The translations under genes and the position numbers were made by a program. The notes beneath the pieces are model-generated. The model saw only the letters and a program-made list of their open reading frames with translations. It made no database searches and was not told the origin of the DNA. From Microbotryum violaceum (lineage: Eukaryota), in contig CDLV01000006.1 in assembly GCA_001244265.2 (NCBI GenBank), positions 2,170,001 through 2,234,000 of the forward strand: DNA of 64,000 nucleotides, read 5' to 3'. The stretch's first letter is position 1; every line of letters starts with the position of its first letter. Positions 1 to 14,054 of the stretch are shown here, piece after piece.

Positions 1-3000
1 ACGGTTGAGCGGTACAAGCCGCACTTTGGCGACTGATACTCCTGTTGTGTACTCGCTCTCCACCTGCCCCAACTGTCCAGTCTCCTGTGCTCCATTTATA
101 GCACTCTACGTACCCTCCTCCCCTTATTGGGTCCTCACCCGCTTCAACGACGCACGACGGGCTCCTCGGTCGGCCCCTACGACGCACCTCCTTCCGTCCA
201 AGAGGAAAAGCGCGTGAGTATACTGCACGTTTTTGACCCTCAAGCCACGGGTTATTGACGTAACAAGAGGTCCTTTCTTACACCAGCCGAGGTTGAAGTC
301 GGCGCAGCGGTTCACGACCTATCTTGCCGGGTTGGACATCATCGCTGTCTCAGTCTTGGTGTGGGAGGTGCGTCCTGTTCCCCTTTTTAGCAGTCGGTAG
401 CACTTGAACCTAACCAATTTCACATTGTCACAGACCGCTGTGGCCTCATCTGCTGGCTCTGCGATCGGATCGAGTCGAGCCGGGGCAGCCAGGTTGACGC
501 TTGCTTGCGCGGCTCGGCCTACTTTGCTCGTGGTGGTCGCTGTTCTCTCTTACGCCAATGTCGTCTTGGGTTGGCTTCTTTCTCTCGAGTTCAGTAATTT
601 TGACGAAGAGCTGACTCCATGACTCGATCTCAACTCCCAGGACGATCGATCTCGCTCGGCCGTGTCGACTGGGTCGTCTGGTTGCCGGCGCTCTTTCTGG
701 TGGGACTTGGGACCGGCCTTGCAGGTGCCATTTCGCGAGCTGCTCCTAAAGTATGGATCGGACTGGTCGCGTGGATTGGGCTGTTTGCTCTCATTGGTGC
801 GTGGGCCGAATTGACCTGGCCGCGCGGATGTTTCATCAGTGAAAGCGTACTCATCAACCCCTCACCCTGTTGCGCAGTGACCATATGCTTTGGACGTATC
901 CTCGTGGCCATCTTACGCGTTCGCAAGGAAAGTGAGCGTGAACGCAAACGCGACACCTCTCACTGGGCTCTCGAACAAGAGCGTGTCATCCGTAGTAGCA
1001 ACGGTACACGTAATTCGCGTCACTCGCGCCATTCCTACTTCAACCGGCCTCTGGGTAGCCCCTATCTTCCACCGATCCACAGCAACTTCTCTGGTCTGTC
1101 CACTTCATTTATCGGCACAGTCGGTCGTTCGGATTCCACTATCGATTTCTCGATCTATCCGGCGACCATTGAGCCTTCATTCCGGGATGCCAATACGCCG
1201 GCCGTCGGATACGCCCCTTCGCGACCCTCACTGGACCAGGATTTGAACGTCCGAGACTTCCGCTCACCCACCCCTGGTTCTAGTCGGGGCTTGCTTTCCA
1301 GTATGTTTGACACGTTATCTCGAGCTGCGACGCCGAACACGTTTTACACCTCCAGTCCTCCCCCTTCGTCGAAAACCGTTTGCGAGCCCGAGCCCCGTCC
1401 CTCACCAGGTGGCGGAGAACAACAGGGTCCGCATGAGATCCTGACATTCGAAGAACTGCCACGACCTTCTATGTCGTCCAATTTCCCTTCGACCTGCGGA
1501 GAAGGCTTCGTCGGCGGCCCAGCGATTCGAAATGCGATCGTGAAGGAGGTGTGGGCCGGAGCTCCGATTCCTGGGTCCGGCCATGGTCCAACGGTGGAGT
1601 TGTCGAGGAAGGAAGCACTTGGCGCGCTGGTGAGGATCGGAGGACATCTCGCTGGATGCCTCGTCGGATTTGTGAGTCTCGAGCCTGCTCCCTGAATACC
1701 CGACCTGGTGAGCTCACCTGGTCGCCTCTACCGTTTAAAGGCTTTCATCGCACCTTTTCTGTTTGCCCGAATCCTCCGCCCAGATGCGGTCCCCCCTCTT
1801 GTCTCGTCGATGCTGCTCGTGGTTGGTATCTCTCAACCAGGCATCATTCTCGCCGCACAATGCGCGCTCAGCGAAGGCTTCTGGTTCAAGCATCCTATCC
1901 CGCCGGTGCTCACGTCCTCTTCGGCGAGAGATCTCGAGCGCTCTCATGCTCATGATGATGACAATCCTTCGATGCGGGAACGCGCCAGCAGTTTTGCTTC
2001 AAGTTGTCGTTATGTAACAAGTGCTTCGACCCTGCCTGGCATTCCGACGGACGGCGAGGATGTCGAGACGCCGAAAGGGACGCTTGGTAAGTCATCACGG
2101 AATTCTGCTCCCCCAGATGGCAGCCTGGAGCTGATACCTAGCTCTACAGGTCGAGCTATGGCGATGGCATCAGCACACCCGAAACTTCTCGTGTTGTCTG
2201 AAGCTCCGACATCCAAGCCGGCCGCTGTGACGTCCGGTGCTAACCACAACACTCATCGCAGCGGAGCCCACGTCCGCCTGCGTAGTCTGCAGCTCGCCAA
2301 AAGTGCATTTTCCACCATCACCTCACGATACGGCCACGAACGCGGTTCAAGTGCGGCTAGTCGGGCAACTGTGGGAGGATTCGAGCATCCATCTGAGCAG
2401 GCGCCAGTCTCTTCGTCTCCCGAAGTCGGCTATCGTGAGGACGAGCTGATCACTCGGTCGCTGCTACTCGCTCGGCGTGCATCGATCGCAGTGGATCAGC
2501 CTCGACATCACTTGATCGCAACGGGGGCTAGTCGGTACACGCGTTCCTTCTTCGGAAGTCTCGCCAGTGTCTCGCAAGTCGTGTCGACCTCCGCCTTCGA
2601 GGGCAAGACACCCGAGTACAGCTTCCACACTCGCGAGCTCACTCTGTCGAGCCAAATTTCTGCGAACTCCCAAGGAGCCGATTCGCCGAACTACACCATC
2701 GACTACCTCTCATCCCAAGTACTTCCTCGCCTTCGTCCAGACATCAGAGTTGGTTCATCGACTACGGTCAAGTCCGAAAGCATGTCTCATTATCGTCGCC
2801 CAAGTGTACCACTGGAACGTCAAGCGCAGTCAATGAAGATGCGCGAGTTTGGTCATGGCGGTTCGGGGTCTGCGCGGCGCAACTTCTCCCTCCCGAACGT
2901 CTTCCACCGTGATGGCGAGGACAGATCATCTTCGCCTGAAGAGGAGGATCCTTGGGTTTCGATCGAGGAAGATGACCTTAGGGCGTCGCCGCTAAAATCG

Positions 3001-4283
3001 ATCACTCGTATGGTGCGCGGCGAGGGCATGTCCTCGAGCCACCGATCGAAGGCTTCGATCAAGAATCGCTCAGATGACGCCTGGGACCAGGTTGAAGCGA
3101 GCGAGAAGAGCACATCACGCCGCCGACGGCCATCATCGATCCAAATTGACAGCAACAGCAGGCGTGTCACGTGCCCGGAGCCTCATATCGTGATCTCTCC
3201 GCCACCCGCTGCGGCCGTTGCGACCGAGGTCGGAGATTCCGAGGCAGAGATTCTTACTGAAGAGCACGAGTTTGCGGATTCAGAGGGCGAGGACGACGAG
3301 CATATCCAGGAAGCCGTTTTCCGCTCATATCAGGCAGCTCAGTCGAAAACACGCCTTGAACACACAAGCTCGACCTCAACCCACTCTGACGAGCCTTCAA
3401 CGACCGTTCACAACGAGTTCGGCCAACTCCAACAGGTGCCTGTCCGACCAAGCAGTCAGTCGAGCAATCGTGACTCGACAGGATCCAATATTTCGGCTTC
3501 GCTTTTGCGACGACTGGACTTTTCCAACGAGTCCTTCGCCTCAACCAGATCGATCATCTCGACCAGCGATTCGATCACCAGCATTGGTTTCCGCAACCTA
3601 CTCGAGACGAACTGTAAGCGGGTAGCTTGATGTGACAGCGACCACTCATTTGACGAACTAACGAATATGTTTGGGGCACTGCAGCATGGCATGCGCGAGA
3701 AGAGCTCAGCAGTTCCGAAGAGCTCTCGTCGTCAGAGGTATCTCGCGTCCATCGTAGCATCAACGGCTTCAACACCGCACGGTCTTCGTCTGGCGTTCTT
3801 GGTGGGCGTGATATCAACGCCGCTCGACTCTCTTCGGCTTCCGAGAGCGAGGACAGCGATTCGAGGCCTCGCAAGGCTGTGGTGCGTCGCTCATCCGTCA
3901 CCACTTCCACCGTTGCAAGCCAAGCTCCGCACCGCCGTATTTCAAACATCCCTATCCCCCCAATTCCCGACACCATCACCGAGGATTTTGACGAGGACAA
4001 GAAATCGAATGCTGGCTCAACGCCCAGAGCGAGACGGACGCGTGTCGAGTCGACAACAACGACGATTCGCGATAGAGGCACGCCAAGTCGACAGACACCG
4101 GAACCCGTCCACACCGTCCACCCTGCCGTCGTGACTTCCCCTGGGATCACAACTCGTTCGAGGGTTCGCACCGCCGCCATGACACGCCATGATGAAAATG
4201 CGGCCCCCGGATCAGTCCTCAAGACACGGCAAGGCCCTCACGAAATTCGAGGCTCCCGGACGCCTGTTCGAACCATGCGATAG
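1..4283 (+). CDS. Multi-exon hypothetical protein: N-terminal hydrophobic/TM segments followed by a long Ser/Pro/Arg-rich low-complexity region (5' end may lie outside the window)
   Basis: Consecutive long + ORFs (619-1695, 1708-3630, 3879-4283) separated by intron-like gaps (e.g. GTGAGT at ~214 and ~1672). Hydrophobic stretches such as VVWLPALFLVGLGTG and SMLLVVGISQPGII. No family motif recognised. Confidence 0.6.
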
Positions 4284-4564
4284 GTATAAATTCTCGTACC
4301 TCGTTTTGATTATCTACTACTACATAACAGATTGCAGTATATTTTAGGGACCTCATAGTGCGGGAACTCGTTCCAGGCCCAATATATCTCCTTATGCCAC
4401 CTTTGCGCTCAGCTGAGGCCAATCTCGGTTAGCACAGCAAATTGAGCTGTAAACATTGCAAGCCACAGATTTGTTGAACCGAGAGTCGTGAAAGGTCCCA
4501 AAAGCAGACTTGTATACACAAATATGTCTTACTTGTCCCAGACGATGAATTTGGAAGCTGACTA

Positions 4565-7500
4565 TCACCCAGCCTCGGACTGAACGCTTGTCTGTTTGAG
4601 CGATTTGCCGGTCATCCTGCGCTTGACGCGGTCGATGCGAGAGCTCAAGCTGTCTTTAGCCCAGATCCCGGTCCTGACGGGAGCGAACTGCATTTTCCCA
4701 CGATGACGAGACTCGAGCGCCTTCTTGTGAGCGCGATTAATTTGCTTCTTCTCCTGCTTGTCAATGCCGCCGTCGTCGTCGGCATGCGAGTTCTCCTCGG
4801 CTTGGGCAGCCATTCCCTCGACGCGGTCGTACACCTCAAACTCGTGGCGTTGCGTCTGCGTCTCGGCGTACTGTTCGTGATCTTCATCGAGGCCAGCGTC
4901 GAGCATCACAGTTGTCGTCAACCAACCGACAATAGTGTAGTCGTGAGTCTTCTTCAACTGGTCGCAGATCCGGTTTTGGCGCAAGCGTTCGAGCTCGGGA
5001 GCGATGACGATCGGCACACGAATTTCCTTCTCCTCGTCATCGACAAGTTCGCTGAGCCAGCATGCAGCATAGGCATCCGTCTTATCACCAAGAGGGCCGA
5101 ATGTGAATCCGATCGGCACACGAATTTCCTTCTCCTCGTCATCGACAAGTTCGCTGAGCCAGCATGCAGCATAGGCATCCGTCTTATCACCAAGAGGGCC
5201 GAATGTGAATCCTCCACCATAGTCGAAGAAGAGCGCCGAGCTGTAGCGATCGTAAGTTGGCAGACGAATGTCCTCGTCGACGTCCCACTCGATTGAACCA
5301 TCGGCATTGACCGTCGCGGCGCGCCCAGGGACCTTCTGCTTCGCCTCGAGGGTCGAGAGTACAATCTTTTTGGCTTTGAAGTCAAAGTCGACGCCTTCGA
5401 TTGGCTCAACCTTGATGTTGCTCGTGACACACACCGTTCCCGTATTCCAGCCACGGAGTTCCCCAGGCAGCTCAACCTTGACTCCCTTGAACAGAACGGA
5501 GATGCTGATTTTTCCAAAGCCTACACCATTTTGAATCGCGTACAATCGAGTGACCTGGGAGGAGTGAGCGAGGATCTTGTCGAGCGGTAGGTTGACGATG
5601 CCGAGAATGGGGTCGTGTTCGCGTAAGCGGGAGTCTCGGACGACAACTCGCAGGGTCGTGTTCGTGTAGTCCGGGATGTACCATTCGCCCCCGGCCTCGA
5701 AAAAAGGCATCTGAGAGTACTGCTTGACGCGGGTTTTGTACACCATGTCGTCGTTAAGTACGATCTCGCAGTATGCCGAGGGGAGGTTGTTCTCGGCCTC
5801 ACTCGGATCGTCGGTGTCCTGCCCAGCATGACCCTCGCGATCCTTGCCGCTGGCTCCCTTGAGATTCTGTCGCTCCAAGTTGTTGATTTGATGAATGATG
5901 ACCGAAAGGATACCGGTCGGATATTTCGAGTCAGGGGGCGTTCGTCGGACATCCGCCTCTTCGGCGTTGTCCATAGCCGAGGTATCGACCTTGAGTTCGG
6001 GGTGATCTTGCAATTCCTTGGGTAGATTGTGGTCGATGCCTGGAGCGGCCTTGAGATCGGGGTTCAACTTGGCCTTTTCGTAGTACGCGATCTCCCAGTG
6101 CAGGGTGCCAGAGAGCGAATCGGAGTCTTCGTAGCCCATAAGCTTGTCCGAGCGCTTGTGAACCTCGTTGGGCTTGAGCATGAGGTCGATCAAAGGCACC
6201 GTGATTCTGCCGACCAAATCATCAGCCGACAGCTTGTCGCTGTCCCAGAGCTGAACGGATAGCTTTTCGTTCGCGCGAATTTCGTCGTCCGTAACGAGCT
6301 GTGGGCCGTCTGTCGAGGTCAGTTCCGGGCCTTCAGGCACTGCAACGCTTCCAGGTGCTTACGAGGAAGGCCGTTTGCTCCCAGACCGGGTTCAGAGTAC
6401 GTTCGATGATACGAGTACTAAACAGAGGCTTGCCGAACTTGGCGTAGGCGAGCACGACGTAAGGGTCGGAGAAGCCATTGTCATCTTGAGCCGAGAGATC
6501 CTCGGCGTAGTGGATCTTGATCATGAACACTCCAAGCGCTTTGGTTTCCTTCTTGATACCGTCTCCCGAGATCATTTGTGCAACGTTCATCGTCATCGAC
6601 TTGGGAGCGCAGTAGATCGACGTCGCCGCCGCGATGGATGATTGTACGAAGCCACTGATGAGAGGGAGGTCGAGAACGTTTGGAAGCCCCCTGGCCAGAG
6701 GAATGGCCGAGGCTTCGATCGCAGGAACACCCATAAGCGTGAAGGTCACGTTCCGAATGAAGGGTGGGTTGGCCACCATCTGGCAACGCATTCGGACGGT
6801 GCCGACAATCGACTCGACGGCAATCCAGATCGGAATGGGCAAGTGGAACAAGTCGTAGGCGCCGAGGAAGAACTTGATGATGAGGGAGATGTTCTCGCCT
6901 TGAAGCTTCTTAGTTCCGGGAGGGGCGAAATATCCAAAGCTGACTTCAAAGTTTACATAGTCGCCCGTCTGATCTTCGTCCTCCACATCTTCGCCCTCGA
7001 CTTGCTTGTTGATCTCGTCGAGCTTCTTCGACTCCTCCTCGGTGAGGTCCTTTCGCTTGTCAACCTTCTTTTTGCGGCGTGACGGGTCCAAGGCTTCTTC
7101 CTCGCCACCTTGGTCAATCCACTCTTCGTGCGGATATCCAGACTCATTCGGTTGGTCCGGAAGAGCACGCATCGAGATGATGCGCAGCGCGTTTTTGCCG
7201 ATGGTAAAGTCCTCAACTTTGACAGCATCGATGAAGCCCGGAAGCGAGGCTTGCATAACGTCTTCGATCATGTCGACCAACGAAACGAACATTGAGGGAT
7301 TAATTAGGGTCCAGACGACTTTGGTGAATGCGTTCAACCACTCCACCGACTCGGGCGTGGGAGGAGAAAACTGTACACAATGGCGGCGCAAAGCGTGAGT
7401 AACGAGTGCAGCAGCTTCGATCACACCCCGGCACCTCGACTGCTCTCCCGACTCACCTTCTCCCCTCGTTGCTTGTGCATGTCCAAACGGATCCTCTCGA

Positions 7501-8855
7501 ATTCCTTCTCAATTTTGCGGCCAACAATTCCATGAGAGACATACACTCCGACAGCAAGTGCGCCGATGATGGCCGAACGCAGAACGAACTGGTAGTAACC
7601 CGATCCGAAAGCGACGAAGAACCAAGTCACGCCAAGACCAGCGACAATAGCCAACGCGTAGTGGTCAAGTGTGGCGGCGATGGGCTTGACCGAATCGGTA
7701 ACGGGAGGAGGGAAGTGGTGCATCAAGATGTTGCCAGGCTCGACCGGGGACGGTGCGATGTCGTGGATGGGGGCATTGCCCTCTTTCGCATCGGGAATGT
7801 TCGTCGATGGGCCACCAGGCTTTGAGGGATCAAGACGATCCTTGTCAAAAAGTTTGGGGTTGCGGAAGTCTGAAAGCGAAGAGCGATGTCAGGACTGCGG
7901 GTGAATCGGTTCTCATTCGCCGAGCTCGCTGCTGCGGTTTCTCACCCTCCAACTTGGCATCACGAATGACGACCTTTTGACCGGTGACGGGGTCCATAAC
8001 CTCTCTCTCGCCCTCTCTTTGGAACTGAATGGTGCATAGAAATCGTTTGACTGGTATTAGCAAGTGTAACCAACTGTATACCGCAGAATGTGCCAGGGAT
8101 TCCATATCCGAGGTGTGCACACGCCGGCAAAAAACCTGTATCGCCGCAGCTTACCTTTCTCGCATTCGGTTGCTTGCCCGCCGAGGCTGCTTTCTCCATG
8201 TCGATTTCTTTTTGCGACTTAACACCAGTGGCACCTTGACCGAGTTTGGACGACTTTTCGTCATCGTTTCCGGTCCACTTGTCCTGTGAGGGAGAAGCGG
8301 AAGCATCGGGTTCCTCGGTTGTCTTGGTGGCCTTCTGTAGAGACAGATCCGAGTTTCGGATTGAGTAAGGCTCAGCTTTCTGTAGTTCATACTCCACATC
8401 AGAGAGGCTACTGCGCTGCAGCACCTTCGGGGGACCTCTCCACCGGTCGCGACGAAACTCTATGCCAATCGACCGCGGATCGGGCGCTCGACTCAATTCA
8501 ACGGCCGGAACTTCAAGAGCTCACCTCCTGACGCTTCAAGAAGGTGCCGATGCTTGGGATCTTGTTTCCAGATCTGCACAAGTGCCACATTACATTTCGA
8601 TCAAATACTGGTGGCCCCTGGCGTGCGCCTTGCAGCGAGCTCGTCCAGCCGCAGTGCAGTGCGTGGTAAACCGCCCACCAGCACGCGGTGACGTCGTTGA
8701 TCGCGCGATTGCAAGCGATGCGTGGTGAATGTGGGGGGCGAGGCCGGCCAGGAGGAAGGAACTCACGAGTAACCCTCCCCGAACCGGTGCAACGTCTGTT
8801 CGTATTCAGACAGCTGCTCCCCGAGACGAGGGGGATGTTGTGGAGTGGAAGTCAT
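4565..8855 (-). CDS. Mug190-like SMP + C2 domain membrane-contact protein (multi-exon)
   Basis: PTPESVEWLNAF...SLPGFIDAVKVEDFTIGKN (SMP-like), C2 motifs DLSAQDDNGFSDPYV...TLNPVWE and LWDSDKLSADDLVGR, and VMDPVTGQKVVI. Inferred start exon MTSTPQ...FGEGYS|SGNKIPSIG with ATG at 8855. Confidence 0.85.
5009..5212. repeat. Exact 102-bp in-frame tandem duplication inside the C2 protein CDS
   Basis: Units 5009-5110 and 5111-5212 are identical. The peptide GFTFGPLGDKTDAYAACWLSELVDDEEKEIRVPI occurs twice. Confidence 0.95.
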
Positions 8856-9953
8856 CGCTGAGAGAAGACCGACACAAGGAGGGCAGAGAACGGTCGGAGA
8901 GGGAAGAAGCTGCCAGGACGGGCAGGCATCGCAGGCATCATTATAGAGAGCTCACCAACCTCACTGCGACGACAGTTACCGCGGTCGCGCGCCAAGCGAT
9001 CCGTCGGGCACCGTCGCAAGAATCTCCCAGGCGCGCCAAGGCCGAGCTGGAGGAAGCGATGACGCTGAATAGTCCTAGCCCGGATATCTGAGCAGGACTA
9101 TACTGTTCTGATCTGAAGCCTTCCTACACACGGCGATGTAGGATTGCTTCCCGTTTTCGTTGATCTTCTCAAAGCCCCAATCCCAGCCTTAGACGTCGAG
9201 CCGCACCGACGGTCATGTCTTGTCGTCATGTGTCGGAATGCGAGAGCCCCACTGCATGATCACGACTGTAGACTCGGCAACCATGACAAACTTTCTCTGA
9301 ATAGTAGCAGCCTAGGGTTCTCATTCTGAAAAAAATTGTGCAATGAACAGTAGCTGCACCACGACCTTCAATCCTCGCCGTCTTCCCGCGCAACTAGACA
9401 GCGAGTCTTCTCCGCTCGCCGACTGAAGCAACTTCGCCATGTCCAAAACAAACGAAACGCTCATCGACCCCACTGATGATGATCCAATTCAAAGGCCTTC
9501 GACAGCGCAATGGAGCTAGCTGATATGCTGATCCTGACGATGTTGGAATCCGTCGTGGCTTGAAGGCCAATGCGCAGCAAACAGACTAGTAAGGAGCTAG
9601 AGCAGAATGAACCGCTGGGTGCGAAGTGGGGGGTCATCAAACTTCGGAACAATGATTAATTGTAGGCTCAACGCCGATCTAAACAGCAGAAATGAGACAA
9701 GCACGGGATATGACAGGGAGCACTGCAAATTGGATGCCACGAGACTGGTACAAGCGATCGTGAGCGAACAACGGGAAGGGTGGGCGGCAAACGACACGGT
9801 GAGAGTGAACGCGGCGGATAAGTGCACTTGCAGCCATAAGGCGCTCCAGCAGCTGAGCTGAGCGGAGAGTCAACAGACAAAAAGGTACACACACATATAC
9901 ACACGGTACACGACAGTACATGTACATACTCCGGTGGATACGTAGGTCACTTT

Positions 9954-12898
9954 CTAGTCAACTCGCATCGGCTCGGGTAAGTTGTCGAGGACCGGCCCCT
10001 TTCGCCTACCGAGCAGTGTCGCCTTGTCGAGTGCCAGCTCAAACCCTCCCTTGCGTCCCCGTGAGCCACGGTCGCGAGGTCCAGCACGCCCATCGTACAA
10101 TGCCGCCTCGGCCATCTTGCGATCGGCACCTCCCCAACCTTGGTACTGCTGTGGCGCGATCGGCACCTCCTTCTTGCGATTCGGATCCTGAACCTCCCTT
10201 CGTTTGTCCTCGATCGCCTTCGAGACCTCGGCACCGTATCGCCTTTTGGTCGTCTCGATGTCCTCATCCTCGTCCTCTTCTTCGTTGAGACCGTGTAGAA
10301 ATCCGGCACGACCGGCGCCACCTGGTCCATTGTACGCACGTCTCCGAGCCCCCTCCTCCTCCATGCGGTGTACAGCGTAGGTAACATCGAACGCTTCCTT
10401 GAGCGAGGCGACACCGGGCGAAGGCATGGCTCGTCGTCCACCAGGGGCGAGCAGCGGCGAGTCGAGCGGTTGGTACTTGGGTATGGGTTTAAGCCCAGGA
10501 GCCAAAGTCTCGAGCGAGTTGGGCGTGATGACGGAAGGTGCGGACTTCTCCTTGCACCACGGGTGTGCCAGGAACTCGTCGATCGTGTAGCGTTTCTCGG
10601 GATCGACATCGAGTAAGTGTGTGATCAGGTCTTTGGCTGTAAGGGAATGATGCATCGACGCAGACAACGTCAGCAAATTGTGCAAGCACCACCAAAGCGG
10701 CGAAAAACGTACATGATGCAGAAATGTCATCCCACCACGGCGACAGGAATGTGTAGTAGCCTCTCGCCACCTTCTCGGTCAGAACGTTAATGCTCTCGTC
10801 GTAGAAGGGAGGGAAGCCGCACAACAACGTGTAGAGCACGCAGCCCAAAGCCCACATATCGACAGATTTCGAATACCGCTCGTCCTTGACGATCTCAGGG
10901 GCGGTGTAGCCGACCGTCCCACATGGTGTCATCGTCTCCTCATTCCAGACGATCTTAGACAAACCGAAATCGGCGATCTTGACGCGTCCAATGCCTCCAC
11001 CTCCGATACCAGGCAAGAACTCGCCCTCGTCTTCCTTTTCCTCGTCGTAGGCACGGTTCTTGGGGGCGCGAGAGGGAACAATTGGGATCGCGTCGAAGAG
11101 AATGTTTTCGGGTTTGATATCACTGTTGAGCAGGATGACCGGTAGAGTAACGATGAACATATAAGTCTCCTTCGCGTTCGAGCCCGGGGATGTGTATTGA
11201 GTCATAACGAACCGATGGACAACACCCTTCTCTTCGTGCAGATACCGGATGCCGTGCGCGACTTGCAGGATTACATGCCGTGAGAGCTCCTCCGAAAAGT
11301 ACGTGAGTTTAACAATCTGGTGGAACAACTCTCCGCCCTCCATGAGTCTTAAATGAGAAGTGCCGAGACGGTCGGTCAGTAACAAAGATCGGGGGCGAGC
11401 AGCGAAGGCGATGCAAAGGTCACTCACTCCAGAGTGAGGAAATAGTGTTCCCGCGATTCGGCAAAGTTGAGTAACCGAACGATGCTTGGGTGGTTGAGGC
11501 CCCGCATGATTTGGACTTCTTTGAGAATGTTGGCGCGCTGTGATCGGGAAGGGAAAGGGGTGGGCCAAAGAAACACGGGCAAACGAGCGAGAAGGCGAGC
11601 AATGGCGCGCGCAATCAAATGCAATGGGGAAAGGAGGTGATACAGAGAGTCAGATTCATCGCTTCGATCGCGGCAGGTTCAGGTTGGAGAGGCTCGCAGA
11701 GGAGCGTGCAACGGACCTCGGTCGCCCTCGGCTTCTTCTTGACTGCTTCGCCGACGTGCTTGCCCGTCAACCCCTGCAAACGAGGGGCCGAGTCAAGGGC
11801 AAGGACACAATCGAGCGAGCAAGACATAAGTCAAGTAATGTGAAGAGAGCACAGAGGGACGAAACGCGAAGGCAGATCGAAGCGAAGAGTCCGTCCAAGA
11901 AAGATGTGAAGGGAGGGGAGGGGAAGGAGAAGGGCGACAACAAGAAAAGACGAGACGAGACGAGGGGAGGAGTGAATGCGATGGGAAGCAGGGATCAGTT
12001 TTGCGTGTTTGCGACATCGACTGGCGACGATTCGCAGTGAGCCACTCGAGTAGCAGGCTACAGTACGAGACTGCTCCTCGAGGTCGTCGCCGAGCAGAAC
12101 CGTGCCCGTTGGCGAGGCGGCCACCCGCAATGACGTGCACGCACAGGCCGAGGTCGCCTTCCCCTGACGGCGAGGATGCGGAGAGCGAGCAAGCGAGCAA
12201 GCAAGCGACGAGGTGCAGCAACAATGAAAGTCCGTGCCCATCACATGGAAGGAGGAAATCAAAAGGTCGCTTACCTGAGACGAGTTGAGTTCGTACTTGC
12301 GCACGCACTTGACCGCGACCTTGACCGACTTGCCGAGCGTTGGGTCGATAGCGAGCTGGGCCGCGTTCGGCCTCAGTGTCGCCGCGAACACGTTCGAAAA
12401 AGCGCCGTCGCCCATCTTGACGCCAAGGACGAGACCATCCGGTAGGCCTTCGTATTGGGGGTGCTCGCGCTTAGCCCTGTTGGCGTTGTCCTTCCGGACG
12501 AGCTCCTCGGCATGCTGCGTCATGGTCGACTGCATGGTCGACTGAGCAGTGCTGCTGGCCGTAGTCGCGGCGGTGGCCGGTGACGCGGCGGTCGTCGCTT
12601 TCGACTTGGACGTTACTTTGGATGCCGCGGCTGATGTAGGACTAGTCGAGGTGGCGTAGATGGTGGCGGTCGAGGCGGCGGCGGCGTTGTTGGCTGCAGC
12701 AGAGTTCGTGTGGGCCTTGGCGACCGATGACGCTGGTGGGGACTGATGACGCGCGCTGACGATTGGAGCGGCGCTCGCCGCAGACGACGACGACGACGGT
12801 GCTGCTGCCGCTGATGAAGCTGAGGCGTGAGTGGACGATTGCGGCTGCTGCTGCTTCTTGTCGAGTAGAAGCCCCTTGAATTTATCGAGCAAGGGCAT
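9954..12898 (-). CDS. CAMK-family Ser/Thr kinase, Srk1/Rck2 (MAPK-activated) type, multi-exon
   Basis: KMGDGAFSNV, VAVKCVRK, HR|DIKPEN, the Srk1/Rck-type insert DEGEFLPGIGGGGIGRVKIADFGLSK, TPCGTVGYTAPE and C-terminal LKEAFDVTYAVHRMEEE. Confidence 0.93.
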
Positions 12899-13813
12899 CG
12901 GGGAAAGGAGGGGAAGGCGGACAGGGGGCGCGGCAGCAGTAGTAGGTCACAAGTGCAGGAGGGAAGGTCGGCCCGATGTAAGCCCAGGCGCCGGCGGCGG
13001 CAGCAAGGGGCAGCAGGAGGCAGCAGGCTGGCGCGGGCTGGGCGGCGCAAGTGTGCAAAGCGAGGGGCCGAGAGCAAATCGTCCAGAGCCAATAAGAATC
13101 TACAGCAGGGAAGGTGTCGTCGAGATCCTCGCGCGATCACTGGAGTCAATGTCACCAAAGGTGCTGCTGCTGATCCGACGCCGGACGGCTACGTAGGGGG
13201 TCAATTGGGTAAGGTCCAGTGCCGAGGCGGAGGGAGCGAGGCCCCCGTGCAAAGCATGCGCTCGAAGGTCAGCGCTAGGTCAGCACCAGGATTGGAGTCA
13301 TCAATCAGCGAAGTGACGCGCGTGGCGAGCGACGTCATCTTCATCTGGATCTGGCACATTCAATAGATTGCAACATCCGACGGCGCACGGAATGTGCAGC
13401 CCGGGGAAGCTTCTTGAATGCCACCCGCACTGGTGTGTGCGATGTAATTAATCTACCTCGACCAAACAGAACAAACTATTCAAACTATTCGAACCCAAGC
13501 CGTGGGAGTGTTGCATCCCACCATCCAGTGCTTCAAGGGAACTGCAATTGCATTGGGTACGTCGGTCGAGAAGGTGGGCATTTGAATGCTTACAACGCCA
13601 TCCTCATCTGCCTTCCCCGGCCAATGGCTGGACCGGATTGTATGACGTAAATATCGGATAGGAAGCAACTTTCAAAGGGAAGACTTTACGAAAAAAGGTA
13701 GCCTCAGCGCAGAAAAGAGAAATTTGAGATACGCTATCTAACTCAAGTCGAGCAAGCAGATTAGGGCCGCTGTACATGTATTGGCCCGACCCCTGTAGCT
13801 GGGCCCCGTGTCA

Positions 13814-13945
<132 letters not shown>

Positions 13946-14054
13946 TTATCACGTAGGCTCATCTGGCTAAGTTCATCTCCGTTGTTCGTAGCTCTTCGAG
14001 TACTCTGGTCACGGTAGTACCCTCTCACCACGTCTCCGTACATTTATATTTTAA

